NCBI GenBank assembly: GCA_964415045.1
Contig: CAYPZL010000001.1
Coordinates: forward strand, 14,210-78,209
Direction: 5' to 3'
Source of the DNA: an uncultured Pirellulales bacterium
Lineage (GTDB): Bacteria; Planctomycetota; Phycisphaerae; Sedimentisphaerales; Anaerobacaceae
Length of the DNA: 64,000 bases
Under the pieces are notes generated by a model, which saw nothing but the letters and a program-made list of their open reading frames with translations, made no database searches and was not told the origin of the DNA. Positions 1 through 9,694 of the stretch are shown here, one piece after another. A program made the translations under genes and the position numbers. The first letter of the stretch is position 1, and each line of letters opens with the position of its first letter.

Positions 1-1
1 G

Positions 2-490
2 CCCGTCGATCAATGGCGCGCTGCGCTGGAGGTGAATCTGACGGGCTATTTCCTCATGGCCCGCGAAGCGGCGCGGATCATGATCGCCCAGGACATCGGC
101 GGCAGCATCATCAATCTCAGCTCCAAGTCCGGCCTGGACGCCAGCAAGAACAACACCGCCTACAACGCCACCAAGGCCGGCGAGATCCACATGGCCCGCG
201 GGTGGGCCCTCGAGCTCGGCGCACGCGGCATTCGCGTCAACAGCGTGGCGCCGGGAAATGTGTTCGAGGGTTCAAAAATCTGGAATCCCGAGTATATCAA
301 GGTCTGCGCCAGGAAGTACGGAATCAAGCCGGAAGAGGTCATTCCCTACTACGTGGGCAAGACGGCGCTGCAGCGCGAGATCAAGGGACAGGACGTCGCC
401 GACGCCGTGGTCTTCCTGTGTTCGGACAAGGCTCGCAGGATCACGGGCCAGACGCTCGTCCCCGACGCCGGCCAGGTCATGGTTCGGTAG
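2..490 (+). CDS. SDR-family oxidoreductase, C-terminal part (5' end outside window)
   Basis: Frame is open from the window edge. Has SDR catalytic S...YxxxK ('NLSSKSG', 'YNATKAG') and 'IRVNSVAPG'. Confidence 0.8.
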   Translation, partial: PVDQWRAALEVNLTGYFLMAREAARIMIAQDIGGSIINLSSKSGLDASKNNTAYNATKAGEIHMARGWALELGARGIRVNSVAPGNVFEGSKIWNPEYIKVCARKYGIKPEEVIPYYVGKTALQREIKGQDVADAVVFLCSDKARRITGQTLVPDAGQVMVR

Positions 491-572
491 ACCGAAGGCA
501 GCGAAAACGCGGCAAGAAACCAATTGGCGTACAGCAACATCACTCGGCAGTGAAGTCATTGGCGGCACGCCG

Positions 573-1607
573 TCAGGCGGGGGTCTGGGCGGCGGCCTGG
601 TTTACGAGGAAGAGGACGGCCATGCGTACGGCCAGGCCGTTGGTGACCTGCCGGAGGATGACGCTGTTGGCTCCGTCGGCGACTTCGCTTTCGATTTCCA
701 GGCCGCGGTTGATGGGGCCCGGGTGCATGACGAGGATGTCGGGCTTGGCCCGCTTCATGCGCTCGACGGTGAGGCCGAAGTATTTGGAATATTCGCGGAT
801 GGAGGGGAAGGGGTTGCCGCCGAGACGCTCGAACTGGATGCGGAGCATGTTGACGACGTCGACTTCCTCGATGACCTTGTCGAGCGAGTAGCTGACCTTG
901 ACGGGCAGGCCGTCCACCCGGGCCGGGATCAGCGTGGGCGGCCCGACGAAGGTGACCTCGGCGCCGAGCTTGGTCATGGCCCACATGTCGCTGCGGGCCA
1001 CGCGCGAATGGGCGATGTCGCCGACGATGGCGATTTTGAGCCCTTCCAGCGTCCCCTTGATCTGGCGGATGGTGTAGACGTCGAGCAGGCCCTGGGTGGG
1101 ATGCTCGCAATAGCCGTCGCCGGCATTGACGACGCAGGCGGCGATGTTCTTGCTGAGGAACTTCGGCGCTCCGGCGGCACTGTGACGAATGACGACGATA
1201 TCGATGCCCATGGCCTCGAGGTTACGGGCCGTATCGAGCAGCGTCTCGCCCTTGCTGACGGAACTGTTCTTTTTGGTGAATTCGATGATGTCGGCGCTGA
1301 GGCGGTTGGCGGCCAGAGCGAAGCTGTTGCGGGTCCGTGTGCTGTCCTCGAAGAAGAGATTGACGACGACCTTGCCGCGCAGGGGCGGGGCCTTTTTCAC
1401 CGAGCGCGTACTGATCTGCTCGAAGCCCTGGGCCGTGTCGAGAATGTGCGTGATTTCTTCGGCACTGAGCTCGCGCAAGCCGAGCAGATGCTTTCGCTCC
1501 CATTGAAACTGTTGTTTGCTTTTTCGTATAATTGCCATACCCGTACCGTGCCGCTTCCTTGCTTTGTGGGGCGTGTGCCGCTCCACGATGTTGAGAATCC
1601 GGTTCAT
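573..1607 (-). CDS. pyrB: aspartate carbamoyltransferase catalytic subunit
   Basis: Motifs 'EDSTRTRNSF', 'CEHPTQGLLD' and 'HPGPINRG'. The start may be the internal Met at 1538 (MAIIRKSK...). Confidence 0.9.
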   Translation of the reverse strand: MNRILNIVERHTPHKARKRHGTGMAIIRKSKQQFQWERKHLLGLRELSAEEITHILDTAQGFEQISTRSVKKAPPLRGKVVVNLFFEDSTRTRNSFALAANRLSADIIEFTKKNSSVSKGETLLDTARNLEAMGIDIVVIRHSAAGAPKFLSKNIAACVVNAGDGYCEHPTQGLLDVYTIRQIKGTLEGLKIAIVGDIAHSRVARSDMWAMTKLGAEVTFVGPPTLIPARVDGLPVKVSYSLDKVIEEVDVVNMLRIQFERLGGNPFPSIREYSKYFGLTVERMKRAKPDILVMHPGPINRGLEIESEVADGANSVILRQVTNGLAVRMAVLFLVNQAAAQTPA

Positions 1608-1613
1608 GGCTCT

Positions 1614-2141
1614 CTACTCAATGACGACCTCGTTTTTGCCGTCGGATTCGATAAGGCGGACCTGAATCGACTGCTCCGGCGTGACATCGGCCTTGTAGCC
1701 GGTGTAATCGGCCTGTATGGGCAGTTCGCGTCCGGCCCGTTCCACCAGGACGGCCAGGCGGATGGCCTTGGGCCGGCCCAGATCGATCAGGGCATCCATC
1801 GCCGCGCGGGCCGAGCGACCCGTGTATAATACGTCGTCCACCAGGATGATGGTCTTGTCGTCGATGTTGAAGCGGATCTCGGTGGTCCGGACCAGGGGCT
1901 GGCCGTTGCCCTGGGGGGAGTTCAGATCGTCCCGGTACAGCGTAATGTCGAGCGTGCCGCAGGGAATGGGCTTGCCTAAATGTTGCGCCAGGTGATCGGC
2001 CAGTCTCTGGGCGAGAAGCTCGCCCCGGCTGCGAATGCCGATGATCGCCAAATCATTCTCCGGCGGCGTCCGCGCGGCGATTTCTTCCGTCATATTGCGG
2101 AGGATCCGCTCAATCTGTCCGGCGTCCAGGATTACCTTCAT
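1614..2141 (-). CDS. pyrR: bifunctional pyrimidine operon regulator / uracil phosphoribosyltransferase
   Basis: PRPP-binding motif 'ILVDDVLYTGRSARAA' and a typical PyrR N-terminus 'MKVILDAGQIERIL'. The ORF extends upstream to 2222, so the start is uncertain. Confidence 0.85.
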   Translation of the reverse strand: MKVILDAGQIERILRNMTEEIAARTPPENDLAIIGIRSRGELLAQRLADHLAQHLGKPIPCGTLDITLYRDDLNSPQGNGQPLVRTTEIRFNIDDKTIILVDDVLYTGRSARAAMDALIDLGRPKAIRLAVLVERAGRELPIQADYTGYKADVTPEQSIQVRLIESDGKNEVVIE

Positions 2142-2302
2142 AGCCTGCGATTGCATCCACTTGAGTAGCAGCTTGTTCGCTATCGTTGGCGCGAGTATAC
2201 CGCGGGTCGTCCAGGAAGGCAAGATTTCAGCGGACGGTTTTGTAAATCTGCTTTATCAGTGCTGAGAAGTGTGGTATCTTGCACACCGGCTGCGAAATTT
2301 GC

Positions 2303-2331
2303 TTGAAAAACAGGCGAAATTCTGCTATCAT
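2303..2331 (+). promoter_or_regulatory. sigma70-like promoter TTGAAA-17nt-TATCAT upstream of the S8 protease gene
   Basis: Hexamers read directly: ttgaaa 2303-2308, tatcat 2326-2331, 17-nt spacer. Confidence 0.4.
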
Positions 2332-2431
2332 CAGAACAGTCATTTGGAGGACGGATCTTACATCAGGAATGGAGATTGACGTCTGGGGGAACGAATGACG
2401 TATCCGCGAGCGGAGTCCCCCTTCGGGTCCA

Positions 2432-4186
2432 GTGATGATAAAGACGATTGACGAAACAGCCGTTTGGGTCCTGAAGTTATGGGTCGTAGCCCTGGTGGCG
2501 GCCCCGGTCGGGAGCACGCGGGCGCAAGACGGCGCGAGCCTTCAGCCCCAGGGGCTCGAACGGGCGGGCATTTATGCCCTGAGGCAGCTCGATCCGGGTT
2601 TGACCGGTGCGGGCGTCCGTTTCGGCGTGGTCTGCCGCAGCTTCACCTACAACGAGGAGGAAGAGCCCCAGAACGATTATCGGCCGAACGTCGGGCACAA
2701 CTGCTTCCAGGCGGCAGACCTGCATTTCCTGGACGCGGGCGCTCTTGATGCCGGTGTCTCGCCGCACTCGACGGCGATCTGCTCGATTCTCTTTGGCAGC
2801 GATCCCCGGGGCATCGCCGAGAGCCTGAATCCCTTCGTCTACGAGGGAGCGGTTCCCGATGCGGAGGCGTACATCTACGAGTTTCAGCACTTTGTGACCG
2901 AGTATGTGACTGCGGAGAGCCGCCCGGACCTCGATGTGCTGGCCGCCAGCTTCGGCTACCCGTTTGAGACCTGGTGGACGCGGGGCATCGAGTCCTGGGC
3001 TGAGCACGAGGGCCTGATTGTCGTGGCCAGCATCGGCAACGGGGCCAACGTGTCCGATCCTCCATTTTACCCCGGCGCCGGCTCCAATGCGATCGGCGTG
3101 GGCGTGGTCAGCTCGGTAAATACCGAGGATGCCGCGACGAATCTGGCGCATTTCGCGCTGGCGTATCCGGAGCAATCGAGCCGCGGGCCGACCGACGACG
3201 ACCGCTGCAAACCCGATCTGATCGCACCGGGCAATTGCCTGGCTGCGGGGACGGCCAATGAGGCGGACTACATTACCTCGGGCAACTGGTCGAGCTTCTC
3301 GACGCCCGTTGCCGCCGGGGTGGTGGGGCTGCTGGTTCAGGCCGCCGGGCAGGACCAGCGGCTGGAAAATGCCCTCGTGCCCGACGGCGGCAATTGCGTC
3401 ATGAAAGCCATCTTGATGAATTCGGCTACCAAGCTGCCGTTCTGGCACAGGGGCAAGCTCAGCGACGAAGACGATTGCGAAGCGCCCCTGGACTACGTCC
3501 AGGGCGCCGGTATGGTCAACGCGGTGGGCGCCTATCAGCTTCTCAAGGCCGGGCAGGGCGTCGCGGGCGACGTGGCGCCGGCAGGGTGGGATCTGGCCCG
3601 GCTCGATGCGGACCGGTCGGTGCAAAAGGTGTATCGCTTCGTGCTGGACAACTCGGCGGACAAGGTCATCACGGCCACGCTCGCCTGGAACCGGCACTAC
3701 CGCCGGGCGTATCCGTTCGACCGGATATCGGCCAGGGACAACGATCTGCGCCTCGAAGTATGGGCTGTGGACCCGGAGAATTCAGGCAGAGAGCTTTTGT
3801 GGCCCTGGAGTGACAGCAAGACGGACAACGTCGAGCACGTTCACGTCGAGGCCAAGGCCGAGTACGCGATGTACGAAATTGTGGTCTCGTACAGCGATTT
3901 TGACGGGCCAGCCGGCGCCGGCGAGCGGTACGCACTGGCCTGGAGTGTGGGGGAGAAGCTTCCCGACGAGAGTTTCTTCTGGCACGACCTGAACGCCGAC
4001 GGGATCGTGGACGAGCACGACCTGGGCGTCCTGATGAACAACTGGATCGCGGGTCTGAAGTCGCCGGAGGCGTATTTGATCGGCGATGTCAACAAGGACG
4101 GTCGCATCGACGTGGACGATATGCAGGCTCTATACGCCGAGCGTAACCGCCGGGCCGACTGGCACATGGGCGGCGCGGCGAATTAG
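2432..4186 (+). CDS. secreted subtilisin-like (S8) serine peptidase with C-terminal dockerin repeats
   Basis: N-terminal signal sequence, 'HSTAICS' (His), 'SSFSTPVAAGVVGLL' (Ser). C-terminus carries two dockerin repeats: 'DLNADGIVDEHDLGVL...GDVNKDGRIDVDDMQAL'. Confidence 0.8.
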   Translation: MMIKTIDETAVWVLKLWVVALVAAPVGSTRAQDGASLQPQGLERAGIYALRQLDPGLTGAGVRFGVVCRSFTYNEEEEPQNDYRPNVGHNCFQAADLHFLDAGALDAGVSPHSTAICSILFGSDPRGIAESLNPFVYEGAVPDAEAYIYEFQHFVTEYVTAESRPDLDVLAASFGYPFETWWTRGIESWAEHEGLIVVASIGNGANVSDPPFYPGAGSNAIGVGVVSSVNTEDAATNLAHFALAYPEQSSRGPTDDDRCKPDLIAPGNCLAAGTANEADYITSGNWSSFSTPVAAGVVGLLVQAAGQDQRLENALVPDGGNCVMKAILMNSATKLPFWHRGKLSDEDDCEAPLDYVQGAGMVNAVGAYQLLKAGQGVAGDVAPAGWDLARLDADRSVQKVYRFVLDNSADKVITATLAWNRHYRRAYPFDRISARDNDLRLEVWAVDPENSGRELLWPWSDSKTDNVEHVHVEAKAEYAMYEIVVSYSDFDGPAGAGERYALAWSVGEKLPDESFFWHDLNADGIVDEHDLGVLMNNWIAGLKSPEAYLIGDVNKDGRIDVDDMQALYAERNRRADWHMGGAAN

Positions 4187-4249
4187 CGGCTCCAGCCGAC
4201 CTTGGTGCGGGTACGACGTACGGCCGTGCGGGGGAGGAAAGTCGAAAAC

Positions 4250-5671
4250 ATGTTTGACGGCGCCAAATTTCTAACTTTTGTCCTTTCACTCGTTATCGTC
4301 AGCGTCTCGGCTTTTGCCGGGGAAGATCGCTGGCGATTCATCATGACCTGCGACAGCCGCGGCGATTCCGTCACCGGCGTCAACGAGAGTGTCCTGGGCG
4401 AGCTCGTAGACGAGATTCTGCGCCACGATGTTCAGTTCGTGATGTTCGCGGGCGATCTGGTCTACGGGGCCCGGGTCGGCGCGGAGCGATTTGAAGGACA
4501 GTTGTGGCACTGGGTGGCGGTGATGGAGCCGGTCTATGAGGCCGGGATCGCCGTCTACGTGTGCCGGGGCAATCACGAGGTGGGCGACATGTGGGACGCC
4601 TGGGAAGGCGAACTACCCAATCCGCTGGACAACTATGCCCTGAGATGGCTGAACGTTTTCGGAAATGAGGCGCATCCCAATTTGCGGCTTCCGGGCAACG
4701 GGCCCGCCGGCGAAGAGTACATGACGTACTCCGTGACTCACAAGAACGCCCTTATCGTGGCTCTGGACCAATACGCAGGGACGCGTCATCAGCTTGCCCA
4801 CCGCCTCAATCAGACGTGGCTGGACGGCCAACTGAGGCAAAACACTGAGCCGCATGTTTTTGTCTTTGGCCATGAGCCGGCCTTTCGAACGCTGCACTTC
4901 GATTGCCTCGACTGGTATCCGGCCCGGCGCGACGCATTTTGGGGCAGCCTCCAAGCGGCCGGCGCGCGAACGTATTTCTGCGGCCACGATCATTTCTACG
5001 ACCATGCCCGCATCGACGACGGGGATGGGGACCTCGACAATGACGTTCACCAGTTCATCGTCGGCACTGCGGGGGCCTATCCTTATTGGTGGGTGCCGCC
5101 GTACGACGGGAACAACGGAGATTTCACGGTCGAGCAAGTGCATCACGCTGAGCGCTTCGGCTACGTATTGGTGGAAATCGAGGATGTGGACGTTACGGTT
5201 ACCTGGATGCAGCGGCAGGACAACGACCTTGAAGTGCCCGGTGTGTACGAGGCCGGCGAGGTGTGGAGCTACGCCGTCTCGCCCGCTCTTACGGTGACGC
5301 ACCCGAACGGGGGCGAGCGTTTCGTGGCCGGGTGTCCCCTCTCGATTGAGTGGAAGACGGTCGGGACGGACGATATCGAACGTGTGCTGATCGACTACTC
5401 GCTCGACGGCGGCGCGAGTTGGCTGCCGGCGGGCGAAGCGGCCAACACGGGCGTTCATGCCTGGCTTGCCCCCGCAGCGAGTTCGAGCGATTGCCTGGTG
5501 CGGATCCGTGCGATTGGATCGGCGATGCTGAGCGATGTCAGCGACGCGGCGTTCACCATCGATACGTGTCGGACCAGACTCGCCGCCGATCTCAACGGCG
5601 ATTGCGTCGTGGATTTTGCCGATCTGGCGGTGCTGGCGGCTGGATGGCTTGCCCGCGGCGCGGCGGAGTAA
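4250..5671 (+). CDS. secreted calcineurin-like metallophosphoesterase with beta-sandwich domain and one dockerin-like repeat
   Basis: RBS ggggagg lies upstream of ATG 4250. Motifs 'CDSRGD', 'GDLVYG', 'GNHE', 'GHDHFYDH', and C-terminal 'DLNGDCVVDFADLAVLAAGW'. Confidence 0.8.
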   Translation: MFDGAKFLTFVLSLVIVSVSAFAGEDRWRFIMTCDSRGDSVTGVNESVLGELVDEILRHDVQFVMFAGDLVYGARVGAERFEGQLWHWVAVMEPVYEAGIAVYVCRGNHEVGDMWDAWEGELPNPLDNYALRWLNVFGNEAHPNLRLPGNGPAGEEYMTYSVTHKNALIVALDQYAGTRHQLAHRLNQTWLDGQLRQNTEPHVFVFGHEPAFRTLHFDCLDWYPARRDAFWGSLQAAGARTYFCGHDHFYDHARIDDGDGDLDNDVHQFIVGTAGAYPYWWVPPYDGNNGDFTVEQVHHAERFGYVLVEIEDVDVTVTWMQRQDNDLEVPGVYEAGEVWSYAVSPALTVTHPNGGERFVAGCPLSIEWKTVGTDDIERVLIDYSLDGGASWLPAGEAANTGVHAWLAPAASSSDCLVRIRAIGSAMLSDVSDAAFTIDTCRTRLAADLNGDCVVDFADLAVLAAGWLARGAAE

Positions 5672-5842
5672 CGCTTCATCCGGGTGTCGCACCGCAGCAT
5701 TTCGCGTCAAAAACGTTCCACGACACCTCCCAGCCCATCGGGATGGGGCACAAAAACTCCTTTTCACCCCCGTCCGTTTCTGGTACAAGGGCAGGCGACT
5801 ACACGGATGTAATACGGATTATGATTACTCTGTGCGCCGTTT

Positions 5843-5873
5843 GTCATCCTGAACGAAGCGCAGCGTAGTGAAG
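5843..5873. repeat. half copy of a short palindromic repeat ('gtcatcctgaacgaagcgcagcgtagtgaag')
   Basis: The 24-nt core 5850-5873 matches 14249-14272 at 23/24 positions. The leader 'gtcatcc' is also shared. Confidence 0.6.
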
Positions 5874-5895
5874 TTCACGGAGGCACAGGTCTATT

Positions 5896-7185
5896 ATGGC
5901 GAATCAGCTTCTGATCAAAAACGGGCGGGTCGTCGATCCGGCCAATCGACTCGACAAGAAATGCGACGTCCTGATCGCCGACGGCAAGATCGCCGAGCTC
6001 GGCAGCTTCAACGGGGCGGCCGAGCAGTCGTCTGACCGCGTCATCGACGCGGCCGGCAAGCTCGTGACCCCGGGTCTCATCGACATCCACGTTCACTTTC
6101 GCGAGCCGGGGGACGAGGAGGAGGAGACGATCGCCAGCGGCTCGACGGCCGCCGTGGCCGCCGGATTTACCTCCGTTGTCTGCATGCCCAACACCAAGCC
6201 CGCGATTGAAAGCGAAACCGACGTGGAGTACGTGCATCGCAAAGGCCGCCAGACGCGCAAGACCCACGTCTACTGCATGGGAGCCATTACGAAGAAACGG
6301 GAGGGCGTGGAGCTGGCCGAGATGGGCATGATGGCCGAGGCCGGCGCACGCGGGTTTACCGACGACGGTCACGGCGTCCAGGACCCGGCCGTTATGCTGC
6401 GGGCCCTCAAGTATGCCAAGATGTTCGACGTGGTCGTCGCCCAGCATTGCCAGGACGACGGCTACGCCGGCGGCGGGGTCATGAACGCCGGCTACTACGC
6501 GACGATCCTGGGACTGCCCGGCATCGACCCGCTGGCCGAAGAGGCCATGCTGTGGCGCGACATCCAGTTGATTCGCAAGACCGAGGTCCGCTACCACGCC
6601 CAGCACATCTCGACGGCCGGCTCGGTGGAGCTGATCCGCCAGGCCAGGAAGGACTCGCTGCCGATCACCTGCGAAGTGACGCCGCACCACCTGCTGTTGA
6701 ACGAGGAATGCTGCGCCGATTACGACACCAATTATAAGGTCAATCCGCCCCTGCGCCGGCAGAAGGACGTCGAGGCCCTGAAGGCGGCCTTCGCCGAGGG
6801 GCTCATCGACGCGCTGGCCACGGATCACGCGCCGCACCTGCAGAGCGAGAAAGAGCTGGAATTCCTCAGCGCTCCGTTCGGGATTGCGAGTCTGGAGTGT
6901 GCGCTGGCGTTGTACGTGAAGGCTTTGATCGAGCCCAAGATCCTGGACTGGCCCGGGTTGATTCGCCTGATGACGGCCAATCCCGCCGGCATCATCGGGA
7001 TCGACAAGGGGACGCTGGGCCGGGGAAAGCAGGGCGACGTCACGATTATCGATCCCGAAGCCGAATGGGAAATCGACGTTAATCGTTTCCTCTCCAAGAG
7101 CCGCAACTGTCCCTACCACGGCTGGAAGGTCAAAGGCAAGGTGGAGAAAACCATCGTCGGTGGCGAAGTCCGCTTCGAAGCATGA
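5896..7185 (+). CDS. pyrC: dihydroorotase
   Basis: Motifs 'DIHVHFREPG', 'MPNTKP', 'ATDHAPH'. Length 429 aa. Confidence 0.9.
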   Translation: MANQLLIKNGRVVDPANRLDKKCDVLIADGKIAELGSFNGAAEQSSDRVIDAAGKLVTPGLIDIHVHFREPGDEEEETIASGSTAAVAAGFTSVVCMPNTKPAIESETDVEYVHRKGRQTRKTHVYCMGAITKKREGVELAEMGMMAEAGARGFTDDGHGVQDPAVMLRALKYAKMFDVVVAQHCQDDGYAGGGVMNAGYYATILGLPGIDPLAEEAMLWRDIQLIRKTEVRYHAQHISTAGSVELIRQARKDSLPITCEVTPHHLLLNEECCADYDTNYKVNPPLRRQKDVEALKAAFAEGLIDALATDHAPHLQSEKELEFLSAPFGIASLECALALYVKALIEPKILDWPGLIRLMTANPAGIIGIDKGTLGRGKQGDVTIIDPEAEWEIDVNRFLSKSRNCPYHGWKVKGKVEKTIVGGEVRFEA

Positions 7186-7320
7186 CGGCTGTCCCGATCA
7201 GCGCGAGCGGCAGGGCGGTCAGGTCATCTGTTCGATCGTACGCAACAGAGACCAATGGAGCAGTCCACCGTACAGGAGCACCCCTTTTCATCGGAACGTC
7301 GAACGTGAGGGCATTGTATT

Positions 7321-7552
7321 ATGACTGCGCCGAAGAACGAGCTGGTAGCCTATCGTTTGCAGCGCGCTCGGGAATCGGTGCAGGATGGCCAAAGACAAGG
7401 TGCGGATCTATTACGACTTGTTCGAGCGAAGTCGGGAGGGAGATTACGTGGACTTTGTGCGTTATGAGGAATCGCAGGTTCGTGCCTGGCTGCCCGAGGC
7501 TGAGGCGTTCGTCGAGTACGTTGCGGGTTTTCTTGCGGTCGAGGACGAGTGA
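7321..7552 (+). pseudogene. remnant of a HEPN (UPF0332-like) domain gene, internally deleted and frame-shifted
   Basis: N-terminal helix 'MTAPKNELVAYRLQRARESVQD' (frame of 7321) and C-terminal 'YYDLFERSREGDYVDFVRYEESQVRAWLPEAEAFVEYV' (frame of 7385) are in different frames. About 70 central residues are missing. Confidence 0.5.
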
Positions 7553-7711
7553 CCCGCTCAGCCGCTTTTTCGGGCGGATTGTCTGATTTTTCGTGTGCGG
7601 TGCGGCGTCTGTATTTGGGAGGTGGGTCGAAAACGCGGATCGTTGGTTGCCGCGACGTAAGATATTGCGCGGCGACAAGAAGACGGGAATGCGGAGTTTG
7701 GAGGTTTTGCC

Positions 7712-8743
7712 ATGAGACGGTTGAAAAGGGATGCAATTGTCGTGGGGCTGGTCTGGCTGGTTGGGGCCGGTGCGATTGGTATGCCTGCATTCGGGCGGGA
7801 GGTGCCGCTGGCGATTCATCCGGCCGCGATGGGGACAGAGAGCGATGCTCTTTCCCTGCTGCCCAAGCCGGACGCGTTGATCGACGGCGATGCAGTTCCT
7901 TTGTACGAGAAGGCCGCCAAAGCGATGCCCCAGCAGTCCCGGGACAAGCAGATCAGGCAGTGGCTGGACCTGCCGGTGGCGCAATTGCCGATGCAGCAGG
8001 CCGAGGCAGTTATCCAGGAGCACATGGACAGCCTCCGGGCCGTGGTGAAGGCCACGCGATGCAAGCAGTGCAATTGGCCGCAGTGGAAGCCCGGGGAAAC
8101 GCAGATAGATCTGACCGGGTATCGCAAGCTCGCCTTCGTCGTGCGGTTGTGGGCGCGGCTGGAGATCGCGCGCGGCGGCCACGAGGGCGCGATGCTCGCC
8201 CTGCAGACGGGGTTCGGGATGGCGCGGCATCTTACCCAGGCCCCCACCCTCGTACAGGTTTTGGTCGGGATCGCCATTGCGGAAGTGATCCGCTCGGAGG
8301 CCGACCAATTCGTTCAGGGGGCAGATGCGCCGAATTTGTACTGGGCCGTGGCTCATTTGCCCACGCCGTTTGGGGGCGTCGAGAATGCGATTGCAGCGGA
8401 GAAGAAAGCGGCTGCCGCGGAGGTGGGCGAGGCGCTTTTTAAGCAGTTTGAGAGCCAGAACGCCGGTGCGTACGACAGGGTCCGGCAGATTGCGAGACGG
8501 ATGGACAGTCACCTCGGTGTCCTGCAATGCGCCGAGGCGGTTCGCTCGTACGCGGCCGCGCATGGGGGGCAGTTGCCAGAGAACCTCAGCGACATCACCG
8601 GAGTTTCATTGCCTGCCGATGCGATGAGCGGCAAGCCGTACGTCTACCGCAAAACGGGGGCGACGGCCGCCGTGCTCGAATCGGCGGCGCCCGACGGTGA
8701 GGAAAAGGCCCAGATTCGCTATTTCATCAGCGTCAGGAAATAA
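7712..8743 (+). CDS. secreted hypothetical protein; domain paralogous to the C-terminal domain of the CPBP fusion at 41675-43768
   Basis: Signal anchor 'IVVGLVWLVGAGAIG'. Segment 'LTGYRKLAFVVRLWARLEIARGG...TLVQVLVGIAIAEVI' aligns with 'LDGVRTLAFALDARLKLHVLEGD...SLVHQLVGLSIRSLAI'. Confidence 0.6.
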   Translation: MRRLKRDAIVVGLVWLVGAGAIGMPAFGREVPLAIHPAAMGTESDALSLLPKPDALIDGDAVPLYEKAAKAMPQQSRDKQIRQWLDLPVAQLPMQQAEAVIQEHMDSLRAVVKATRCKQCNWPQWKPGETQIDLTGYRKLAFVVRLWARLEIARGGHEGAMLALQTGFGMARHLTQAPTLVQVLVGIAIAEVIRSEADQFVQGADAPNLYWAVAHLPTPFGGVENAIAAEKKAAAAEVGEALFKQFESQNAGAYDRVRQIARRMDSHLGVLQCAEAVRSYAAAHGGQLPENLSDITGVSLPADAMSGKPYVYRKTGATAAVLESAAPDGEEKAQIRYFISVRK

Positions 8744-8913
8744 TCCGTCGGGCCTGGACTGAATGAAGCATCCGGTTGCGGTGTTGCCACTTGCCTGCGA
8801 GAAGGCTAAGATGGTTGCAACCTGGTACCCGTTGAAACGGTTGCGGTGCGGCTCGTAGCTTGCGCCGATGTGGCGGGGCGGGTGGTTTCCTGGTTGATTT
8901 TCGGTGGATTGCG

Positions 8914-9396
8914 ATGCCGGTGATACTTGACGGTACGAATCTCTTGTGGGCATTGCGTGATGCCTTCGAAGAGCGTGAGATAACGACGGAGATCCAGTTG
9001 TGCCGGATCCTCGGGCGATACTTCGAGCAGGCGGGCGAAGACGGGGAGATCGTTTTTGACGGGGCCGGGCCGCCCGATCAGAGCGTTTTCGATCATGTGG
9101 GCCGTCTTCAGGTTGTTTTTTCCGGCTTTCAGAGCGACGCCGATACCGTAATCGAGGAGAAAATCAAGGCCAGCACGGCCCCGCGCCGCCTGACGGTGGT
9201 CAGCAGCGACCGCCGGCTGCGCAAAGCGGCCGCGGCCCGAAAGGCCACCGCCCTCAAGTCCGAACTGTTCTGGGAGCAGATGAACAGGGAATTGCAGCGA
9301 CCACCGCAACGGGAGAAGGAGCCCCAGGAGAAGAAGGAAGGGCTGACCGAAAGCGAAACCGAGCAGTGGATGGATCTGTTCGGCCTGGACGAGTAG
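8914..9396 (+). CDS. YacP-like NYN-domain (DUF901) putative ribonuclease
   Basis: 'MPVILDGTNLLWAL', 'IVFDGAG', 'TVVSSDRRLRKAA', matching the YacP/Rae1 NYN pattern. Confidence 0.6.
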   Translation: MPVILDGTNLLWALRDAFEEREITTEIQLCRILGRYFEQAGEDGEIVFDGAGPPDQSVFDHVGRLQVVFSGFQSDADTVIEEKIKASTAPRRLTVVSSDRRLRKAAAARKATALKSELFWEQMNRELQRPPQREKEPQEKKEGLTESETEQWMDLFGLDE

Positions 9397-9507
9397 GCCG
9401 CGCGCCATCTGGGGGGCTGCGAGGGCGGTTTTCCACGGCCGCCGGTTCCGGCCGAGATTGCATGGCGTTTGCCGGTCGAGTGGATCGTTGGGGGCGGGAA
9501 AATTGTA

Positions 9508-9536
9508 TTGCTGGACGCGGAGAAAACGTGTATAAA
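9508..9536 (+). promoter_or_regulatory. sigma70-like promoter TTGCTG-17nt-TATAAA upstream of nifJ
   Basis: Hexamers at 9508-9513 and 9531-9536. Implies a leader of about 150 nt. Confidence 0.35.
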
Positions 9537-9694
9537 CAGCGTTTCCTGGTGCGCGTACGTTCGTGCGGCGGCGAGGGTAATTCGCCGGGTCGTGCGAGCT
9601 TGTGTCCGGGACGGAGTTCAAAAGCTGCCTGCGAAGGAGAGGTTTTTTGAGCTAAATTGTTTTCTGGTCCTCTGTTACGGAAAGTGGAGTTTCT

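Noticed and set aside
1539-2330. Search for PyrR-binding attenuator loops (consensus ~UCCAGAGAGG) upstream of pyrR and between pyrR and pyrB.
   Set aside because: The only loose resemblance is 'GUAGAGAGCC', overlapping the pyrR stop, and no terminator hairpin or U-run follows it. That is insufficient.
7182-7586. 134-aa ORF spanning the pyrC-downstream region.
   Set aside because: It has no motifs. The HEPN-like fragments lie in the other two frames of this interval.
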